Shown here: positions 1 through 8,228 of the stretch, piece after piece | Numbering within the stretch: position 1 is the stretch's first letter | Layout of the letters: each line of letters starts with the position of its first letter | DNA from: Actinomycetes bacterium | Lineage (GTDB): Bacteria; Actinomycetota; Acidimicrobiia; Acidimicrobiales; Palsa-688 | NCBI GenBank assembly: GCA_021846485.1 | Contig: JAJZWW010000001.1 | Coordinates: forward strand, 1 to 43,222 | DNA: 43,222 nt | Direction: 5' to 3' | The notes under the pieces: model-generated | Told to the model about the DNA's origin: nothing | Database searches by the model: none | The model's input: the letters and a program-made list of their open reading frames with translations, nothing else | Position numbers and translations under genes: made by a program

Positions 1-285
1 TGCGGCCGGCCCACCGAAGGGCATCCCCTCCATCTGCTCCAGGACCTCCTCCCGGCGTCGGCCGAGCTCCCTGGCGAGCTGCCGGCGGCGGACCTGGGCG
101 CGCTGGAAGGCGAGGACTCCCAGCCCCACGGCGACGTAGGCCCCGTCGCGGAGCGCCTCTTCGGCAGCGGCGACGACCTGGTCGACATCGGGGAGTGGCG
201 GGCGGAGGGGCTTGTTGCTCCGGGAGGCTCGGGTGCCGGAGGGCTCGGAGTGGTGGGGGTCTTGCTTGCTGGGCATGCTCCCATG
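1..285 (-). CDS. hypothetical protein, N-terminal fragment (gene continues past the left edge)
   Basis: It is absent from the ORF track because it has no stop in the window. The reverse strand reads MGSMPSKQDPHHSEPSGTRASRSNKPLRPPLPDVDQVVAAAEEALRDGAYVAVGLGVLAFQRAQVRRRQLARELGRRREEVLEQMEG... and stays open to position 1. Third codon positions are strongly G/C. In-frame ATGs lie at 285 and 276. No family was recognised. Confidence 0.5.
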
Positions 286-353
286 ATATAACAGTTGCAA
301 GCGTAGGGCTCTCGGCCGGGGGGTCGGCGCCCACTAGGCTCGCTGCCCCGAGC

Positions 354-3300
354 ATGGCTTCCGACCGGTCCGCGCCGCCCGTGGTCGCCGTCGTCGTCAC
401 GAGCCGGCCCGGCCCGTGGCTCGACGAGACCCTGTCCGCACTCGGCTCTCAGGACTACCCCAACCTGTCGGTCCTCGTGGTCGACGCCACCGGGGGAGAC
501 AGTGGTGAGCCAGGGTGCGTGAGCCTCGCCCGTCGGGTCGGAGCCTGCCTGCCGTCGGCCTACCTCCGGCGCAGCGGGGAGCCCTCGGGGTACGCGGCCG
601 GCGCCAACCAGGCGATGAGCTCCGTCGAGGGAGCGTCGCACCTGCTGCTGTGCCACGACGACGCCGCGCCCGCCCCCGACGCGGTCCGCCTGCTCGTGGA
701 GGAGGCCTACCGCTCCAACGCGGGCATCGTGGCCCCCAAGCTGGTCGACTGGGAGCACCCCGAGCGCCTCCTGGCGGTGGGGGCGAGCATCGACTCGGTA
801 GGGACGCTGCGGGCACTGGTCGAACGGGGAGAGCTCGACCAGGGTCAGCACGACGCCGCCCGGGACGTCTTCGTGGCCCCGGGCGGCGCGCTGCTGGTGC
901 GCAACGACCTGTTCGCGGTGCTGGGGGGCTACGACCAGACCCTGCCCCAGGGCGGGGAGGACGTCGAGCTGTCCTGGCGCGCCCTCGTCGCCGGCGCCCG
1001 GGTCCGGGTCGCTCCCACGGCCCGGGTGCGCCACCTCGAGGCCCACGGATGCGGCCTGCCGGACACCTTCGAGGATCGGGTTCGGGAGGACCGGTGGCGC
1101 TGGGACGTGCTGTTGAGGTGCGCCAGCGCGACGACGCTCACCTGGGCGCTCCCGACGGCCTTGGCCTACGCCACCGCCGAGGCCGTCGTAGGCCTCTTCA
1201 CCGGCCGAGCAGGCCTGGCGTTCGAGGTGCTCCGGGCGCCGTGGCGACCGTTGTGCCACCCGCGGTCGCTCTGGCGGGCTCGCCGTTTGGCTCAGCGCCG
1301 GAGGGCGGTCCACGACCATCGGCTCCGGGAGCTCCAGACGCGGGGCAGTGGCCGCCTGCGGGCCTGGCTCGACGACTTGTCCAAGGACTCCACCAGGAGC
1401 GTCGGGCGTCCCGGCGGTCGCAGGGGGCTCGGATCCGGGGCGGACGGGCGAGGAGCCACCTGCCGGACCCTCCCTGCCCCGGCCGGCACCCCTGCCCCGG
1501 CCGGTCTCCCGGGCCCCGCCGAGGTCGCGCTGGCGCCCGCCGGCGTCAGCGCCCTTGCCGGCTCCCCGGCTCCTGTCGATGCTGCGCCCGCCGCCGGACC
1601 CGCCACGACTGGGGTTGGCCTCGGCGGGGGGGTCCGGCCGGGGGGTGGCTGGGGTCCAGCGATCGTCTCGGCGCTCGCCCTGGTCGTGGTGCTGCTGCTC
1701 GGGAGCCGGGGGCTGCTCACCCACCAGATCCCGGCGATCGGCTCCCTCCCCGACACCGCCGGGGGCGTCGGCCGGTGGTGGCACGCCTGGCTGTCCACCT
1801 GGCAGCCGGCCGGTCTCGGGTCGCCCGGCTCCAGCCCTCCGGCGCTCGGCCTGCTCACCGTGGCTGGGGCGCTGCTGTTCGGGGACAGGGGCGTCCTCCA
1901 GCACGTGGTGGTCCTCGGCCCGCTCGTGGTCGGGCCCCTCGGCGCCTACAGGTTGGCCCGTCCCTGGGGATCCCGCCGCGCCCCGGCGGTCGCGCTCGTG
2001 GCCTACGCGGCGTGCCCGCTCGCCTACGACGCCCTCGCCCGGGGGCGCTGGGAGGCGCTGGTCGCCTACGCGGCCGCACCCTGGACGGTGGCGGCGCTCT
2101 GCCGGCTCTCCGGCTCCCTGCCCCACCCGAGCCTGGCCGCCCGCCGTTGGGGAGGCGGGGTGGTCGGGCTGGGGCTGCTCGTCGCGGTCGCCTCCTCCTT
2201 GGTGCCGTCGTGGCTCGTCGTCGTGACGGTCGTCGCCGGCGCTCTCGCCCTCGGGTCCCTGCTGGTGGGGGAACGCCCGGTCGCCACCCGCCTCGTCGTG
2301 GTCGGTGCGGCCGGGGCGGTGCTCAGCGGTGTGCTGCTGCTCCCGTGGTCGGCCGGAGTGGTGACCCACGTCCACGCCTTCTTCGGCCCGGGCCCGGGGC
2401 CGGGGGCGGCGCCGAGCTTCGCGCGCCTTGCCCGCTTCGGCGTGGGACCGGTGGGCAGGGGACCCCTCTCGTGGGGCCTGCTGGTCGCCGCCACTCTCCC
2501 CCTGGTGGTCGGCCGGTCGTGGAGACTGGCGTGGGCGGTCCGCCTCTGGACGTTGGTGCTGATCTCCCTCGCCTGGGCCTACCTCGCCGGGGTCGGGGCG
2601 CTGGCAGCGCCGCCCGTGGACGTGCTCCTCGCACCCGCAGCCACCGGGCTGAGCGGTGCCGTGGCGCTCGGTGTGGCGGCCTTCGAGCAGGACCTGCCCG
2701 GGTACCGCTTCGGTTGGCGGCAGGCGGTCTCCGGTGTCGCCGCGGCGGGGCTCGCAGTGACGTTGCTGCCGGTGCTCGCCGACTCGATCGGTGGGCGTTG
2801 GCAACTCCCCACGACCGGTCCGTCCGCAGTCCTCTCCTCCCTGGACAGGGGTCGTGGGGGTGACTACCGGGTGCTCTGGGTCGGCGCTCCGGCCGCCCTG
2901 CCCCTGGCGTCCTCGCCCCTCGGCCCGGGCCGCTCGTGGGCGTGGGCGACGTCCTTCGACGGGCTGCCGGACCTGACCGGCACCTGGTCGGGTGGGCCGG
3001 CGGGCGGGGCGGCGGTCGTCGCCGCGGACCTGCGGCTTGCCCGGCAGGGTCTGACCACCCGGCTGGGGCGCCTGCTCGCGCCGCTCGGCGTGCGCTACAT
3101 CGTCGTGCCCCGGGCGGACGCCCCGTCGGGGAGTGGCGCCGCCGCAGTAGGGGTCCCGTCGGCACTCGTGCAGCGCCTGGCGCTCCAGACCGACCTCGAG
3201 GCCGTCGGGGCCGATCCCAACTACCTGGTGTACTCGAACGCGAGCTGGCTGCCGGTGCGGGCCGAGGTGGCCGGGGGTGCCGCGCTGCCCTCCCGGCCGT

Positions 3301-3782
3301 CGGATCGTGAGCTCGTCGCCTCCTCGCTCGGCCCGGCTCGCCCGGCCCTCACCGGGGTGCACTCCGCGCAGGCGACGGGGAAGGTCTCGGGCGGGGAGCG
3401 GATCTACGTGGCAGCCACCTACCAGCCCGGTTGGCGACTGGTGGTCGACCACCGGTCGTTGCGCCCGGTCCGGGCTCTCGGGGTGGGGATGTCCTGGACG
3501 ATCCCAGCCGGGATCTCCGGGCGGGCGGTCCTGCGGCCAGGCGCCGGCTCCCTGCGATTGGCCGCCCAGTGGTTGATCGCCGGCCTGTGGGCCGTGGCCA
3601 TCACCCTCGCGGTGGTCGCCGGCCGGGGCCGGCGGGGCGAGCGGCGCCGGGGAGGCGGGCACGGGGAGGCGGTGGACCAGCCGCCGCACCGCCGGCCGCC
3701 GCGGTCCACCCGAGGGAGCCGGATCGAAGCGCCGGTGGGGGTCGGCCTGGAGGAGGCCTGGGGTGACGACGGCAGCTTCTGA
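354..3782 (+). CDS. family-2 (GT-A fold) glycosyltransferase fused to a large polytopic membrane and extracytoplasmic domain
   Basis: This is the 195..3782 ORF. The first in-frame ATG is at 354, and the part upstream overlaps the divergent gene. The N-terminus (VVAVVVTSRPGPWLDETLSALGSQDYPNLSVLVVD ... LLLCHDDAAP) is a typical GT2 signature. It is followed by a P/A/G-rich linker, about a dozen hydrophobic helices, a soluble domain (LGVRYIVVP ... YQPGWRLVVD), a final TM helix (LAAQWLIAGLWAVAITLAVV) and an Arg-rich tail. Confidence 0.85.
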   Translation: MASDRSAPPVVAVVVTSRPGPWLDETLSALGSQDYPNLSVLVVDATGGDSGEPGCVSLARRVGACLPSAYLRRSGEPSGYAAGANQAMSSVEGASHLLLCHDDAAPAPDAVRLLVEEAYRSNAGIVAPKLVDWEHPERLLAVGASIDSVGTLRALVERGELDQGQHDAARDVFVAPGGALLVRNDLFAVLGGYDQTLPQGGEDVELSWRALVAGARVRVAPTARVRHLEAHGCGLPDTFEDRVREDRWRWDVLLRCASATTLTWALPTALAYATAEAVVGLFTGRAGLAFEVLRAPWRPLCHPRSLWRARRLAQRRRAVHDHRLRELQTRGSGRLRAWLDDLSKDSTRSVGRPGGRRGLGSGADGRGATCRTLPAPAGTPAPAGLPGPAEVALAPAGVSALAGSPAPVDAAPAAGPATTGVGLGGGVRPGGGWGPAIVSALALVVVLLLGSRGLLTHQIPAIGSLPDTAGGVGRWWHAWLSTWQPAGLGSPGSSPPALGLLTVAGALLFGDRGVLQHVVVLGPLVVGPLGAYRLARPWGSRRAPAVALVAYAACPLAYDALARGRWEALVAYAAAPWTVAALCRLSGSLPHPSLAARRWGGGVVGLGLLVAVASSLVPSWLVVVTVVAGALALGSLLVGERPVATRLVVVGAAGAVLSGVLLLPWSAGVVTHVHAFFGPGPGPGAAPSFARLARFGVGPVGRGPLSWGLLVAATLPLVVGRSWRLAWAVRLWTLVLISLAWAYLAGVGALAAPPVDVLLAPAATGLSGAVALGVAAFEQDLPGYRFGWRQAVSGVAAAGLAVTLLPVLADSIGGRWQLPTTGPSAVLSSLDRGRGGDYRVLWVGAPAALPLASSPLGPGRSWAWATSFDGLPDLTGTWSGGPAGGAAVVAADLRLARQGLTTRLGRLLAPLGVRYIVVPRADAPSGSGAAAVGVPSALVQRLALQTDLEAVGADPNYLVYSNASWLPVRAEVAGGAALPSRPSDRELVASSLGPARPALTGVHSAQATGKVSGGERIYVAATYQPGWRLVVDHRSLRPVRALGVGMSWTIPAGISGRAVLRPGAGSLRLAAQWLIAGLWAVAITLAVVAGRGRRGERRRGGGHGEAVDQPPHRRPPRSTRGSRIEAPVGVGLEEAWGDDGSF

Positions 3783-5286
3783 GGCGTCCCATCGCCGGCT
3801 ACCCCAACTCTCGCGACTCCCGGCAGTCGCCGTGCTCGCTGCGGGCCTGTTGATCGGCTTGGTGCTCGGCGGTCCCGCCGGGCCCGCCCGCTCGGCGCGC
3901 TCCGTGCCCTTGGGCGGCTCGGTGGCCGCTCCCGCCGACGCGCTGTCCTCGAGCTGGTACTGCGCCGGCGCGACCGATGACCGGGGTGGTGCGGCCAGCG
4001 GCCGCCTGGTGCTGACCAACGCCAGCGGACGGTCGTTGGAGGCCCACGTCAGCATCGTCTCCGACGGGGCGGCCCGCCGGGCGGAGGAGGTCTCGGTGGC
4101 TCCTCGGGCGGCGGTGACCGTCCCCGAGACGGTCGCCGGCGGGGCCCCGTGGGTGGCGGCGATCGTGAGCCTCGACGGGGGCTCGGTCACCGTCGAGCAG
4201 GAGACCAGCGGACCGCTCGGTCCCACCGCCGAGCCGTGCGCTACGACCGTGTCGGCCTCCTGGTACTTCGCGGCCGGCGAGACGCTGGTCAACGCCAACT
4301 CGACGATCTCGCTGCTCGACCCTACGGCCGCACCGGCGATCGTGGACCTGGCGTTCACCACCGACGAAGGGCGGGAGCAGCCGGGGGCCTTCCAGGGGAT
4401 AGTCGTGCCGGCGGGCGGGCTGGTGGAAGTGTCCCTGCGCAGCCAGCTCCGCCGGCGGAGCACCATCGCCACCACCGTCACCGCGACCTCCGGCGCCGTG
4501 GTGGCCTGGAAGACCGACGTCGTCGCCCGGCCGGCAAAGGGGGCGGTCATCCTCGGCACCGCGGCCGCCCGGGCGCCGCTGGCCGACCCGGCGTCGCCCT
4601 ACGTCGGGGTGTCCGAGGTCGCCGGCGCTCCGGCGGCATCCACCCGGTGGTGGTGGCCGGAGGGCATCACCGGGCGGGGCAGGGTGGAGCAGTACGAGGT
4701 GTACAACCCAGGGGCGCGCACTGCCCGGGTGGCCCTCACCGTGGCGCTGGAGCAAGGCTCGGCGGAGCCGTTCGACCTCACTGTCGGCCCCGGGCAGGTC
4801 GCCACGCTGGCCACCTCGACCGCCGCCCGCATCCCCAACGGGGTGGCCTACGGAGCTTCCCTGCGCAGCCTCGACGGGGTGCCGGTGGTGGCCGAGCAGA
4901 CCGCGACGGAGGCGGCTCCGGCGAGCGGCCGGGGGAGCACCGAGGTGGTGGGGGCCACCACCCCGGCCCGGCGCTGGCTGGTGGCGGTCACCTCTGTCGG
5001 CTGGGACCACGAGGCGACCCTCACCGTCGCCGGCGTCTCGGGGCGACCGGCCTCGGTCCGGATCTACGAGCTGGAGAGGGGTAGGGCGCTGCCCGTGCCG
5101 GGCCTGTCGGTGCTACACCTCGACGGGCGCGCACCACTGGTCGTCGACCTGGCCCGGCTGTCGTCACGGATCACCGGCCCCCTGGTGGTCGAGGCCAGTC
5201 GCCGGGTGGTGGTGGCCCGCCAGCTGCTGGGGACGGGACGTACCGGAGGGGTGACCGCCAGCCTGGGTGTCCCGTTGCCGGGGTGA
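3763..5286 (+). CDS. membrane-anchored four-repeat protein, DUF5719-like
   Basis: A GTG at 3763 lies 6 nt after GGAGGAGG and overlaps the upstream gene by 20 nt. There is an N-terminal TM helix (LPAVAVLAAGLLIGLVLGG). Four tandem modules of about 110 aa each open with a Trp motif (SSSWYCAGAT / SASWYFAAGE / STRWWWPEG / ARRWLVAV). The family name is assigned from memory of the conserved actinobacterial GT2 neighbour. Confidence 0.72.
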   Translation: MTTAASEASHRRLPQLSRLPAVAVLAAGLLIGLVLGGPAGPARSARSVPLGGSVAAPADALSSSWYCAGATDDRGGAASGRLVLTNASGRSLEAHVSIVSDGAARRAEEVSVAPRAAVTVPETVAGGAPWVAAIVSLDGGSVTVEQETSGPLGPTAEPCATTVSASWYFAAGETLVNANSTISLLDPTAAPAIVDLAFTTDEGREQPGAFQGIVVPAGGLVEVSLRSQLRRRSTIATTVTATSGAVVAWKTDVVARPAKGAVILGTAAARAPLADPASPYVGVSEVAGAPAASTRWWWPEGITGRGRVEQYEVYNPGARTARVALTVALEQGSAEPFDLTVGPGQVATLATSTAARIPNGVAYGASLRSLDGVPVVAEQTATEAAPASGRGSTEVVGATTPARRWLVAVTSVGWDHEATLTVAGVSGRPASVRIYELERGRALPVPGLSVLHLDGRAPLVVDLARLSSRITGPLVVEASRRVVVARQLLGTGRTGGVTASLGVPLPG

Positions 5287-5341
5287 GCCTCCCAGCCGGC
5301 GGCACCGGCACCGCCACCGCCACCGCCGCCGCGGCGGGCTC

Positions 5342-7396
<2,055 letters not shown>

Positions 7397-7516
7397 GGCT
7401 CAATGCTAGGCCGGCGGGACGGCTATCGCCCCTGCGGGCGAGGGTGGGTCGGGCCGGGTCGGCGAGTCGTGCCGGCGCGGCGGCCATCCCCGTCCGGCGG
7501 CGCCGCCACCGGTAGC

Positions 7517-7786
7517 GTGGGGCGGGTGTCCTCGATCTCCTGCGCGCGACCCGGCTGCCAGGGCAAGGTCGCGGCATGGCTCACCTACGACTACGGGGCG
7601 CAGCAGCTCTGGATCGACGACGTCCCGGGAGCTTCGGGCGACCACTGGGGTCTCTGCCAGGGCCACGCCGCCAGGCTGAGGGCGCCTCTCGGCTGGTCTG
7701 CGCTCGACCGGCGGGCGGGGGTCGCCGGCGCTCCGCCGGTCACCGGCGCCTACCCGCCGGCAGGCATGGCCGGCCTGGCCACCTGA
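7517..7786 (+). CDS. DUF3499 family protein (Rv3258c-like)
   Basis: This is the C-terminal part of the spurious 5267..7786 ORF. It reads SCARPGCQGKVAAWLTYDYGAQQLWIDDVPGASGDHWGLCQGHAARLRAPLGWSALDRR, matching the Cys...Cys / LC..H..R...P.GW pattern of DUF3499, which sits beside phosphomannomutase in actinobacteria. GTG start candidates are at 7517 and 7526. Confidence 0.75.
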   Translation: MGRVSSISCARPGCQGKVAAWLTYDYGAQQLWIDDVPGASGDHWGLCQGHAARLRAPLGWSALDRRAGVAGAPPVTGAYPPAGMAGLAT

Positions 7787-7819
7787 GCCCGGGCCGGGCG
7801 GTCTGGTCGACCGCCTCAG

Positions 7820-7851
7820 CGCAAGGTGCAGTTCACGCAAGGTGCAGTCCA
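7820..7851. repeat. tandem direct repeat, 2 x 16 nt (CGCAAGGTGCAGTTCA CGCAAGGTGCAGTCCA)
   Basis: It was read directly from the sequence. The two adjacent 16-mers differ at one base. They lie in the 165-nt intergenic region about 100 nt upstream of the 7952 start codon. Confidence 0.9.
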
Positions 7852-7951
7852 AAGGCGAAATCTCCCCTGCAGCCCTAAAGCGTGCCGCCTGGCGAGCCGA
7901 TGGATGTGCGTCCCGGCGAGCGAACTCCCAGCGGACGTAGAGGAGCGATCC

Positions 7952-8134
7952 ATGAGGTGCCCCAGTTGTCGGACCCGTGAGCTGGTCGTGATCACCATGC
8001 GAGTGGGCGAGGAGCAGGTCGCCCTTCGCACCTGCTCCTTCTGCGATCTGCGCTACTGGGAGGGACTGGACGGCCAGATGCCCTTGGAGTCGGTCCTCGC
8101 CCTGGTCGGCGGTCGCCGATCCGGGGCGCCGTAG
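7952..8134 (+). CDS. small Cys4 zinc-ribbon-like protein (60 aa)
   Basis: An ATG at 7952 lies 6 nt after AGGAG. The product is MRCPSCRTRELVVITMRVGEEQVALRTCSFCDLRYWEGLDGQMPLESVLALVGGRRSGAP, with CxxC ... CxxC spacing. No family was recognised. Confidence 0.6.
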   Translation: MRCPSCRTRELVVITMRVGEEQVALRTCSFCDLRYWEGLDGQMPLESVLALVGGRRSGAP

Positions 8135-8228
8135 CCCTACACCACCTCCCTGCCCCGGTTGGGCAACATGGCGGGGTGCGACTGACGCCTCCCCGCCAGG
8201 ATCGCCTCGCGCCAGGGGTCGGGCGACG

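Noticed and set aside
195-353. An upstream GTG (195) extension of the GT2 ORF, and likewise the 29761 start of the nitrilase-family ORF, the 23106 start of the FHA ORF and the 21043 ATG of glbO.
   Set aside because: The extensions are compositionally odd (Cys/Arg/Gly-rich) and overlap neighbouring genes. They also precede the point where family-conserved N-termini begin. Internal starts were preferred, and the alternatives are noted in the features.
5287-5341. A CCR triplet-rich tract (caccggcaccgccaccgccaccgccgccgc) between convergent DUF5719-like and ftsH genes.
   Set aside because: It is a short low-complexity GC tract in a 55-nt convergent spacer. It most likely forms part of a GC hairpin/terminator (CCGCCGC/GCGGCGG). 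There is no evidence of copy-number variation or coding function.
7952-8134. A WhiB-like (Wbl) regulator, expected from actinobacterial synteny near DUF3499/manB.
   Set aside because: The four Cys are spaced CxxC...(21)...CxxC rather than the Wbl pattern C-x(n)-C-x2-C-x5-C. The G(V/I)WGG turn and the basic tail are also absent.
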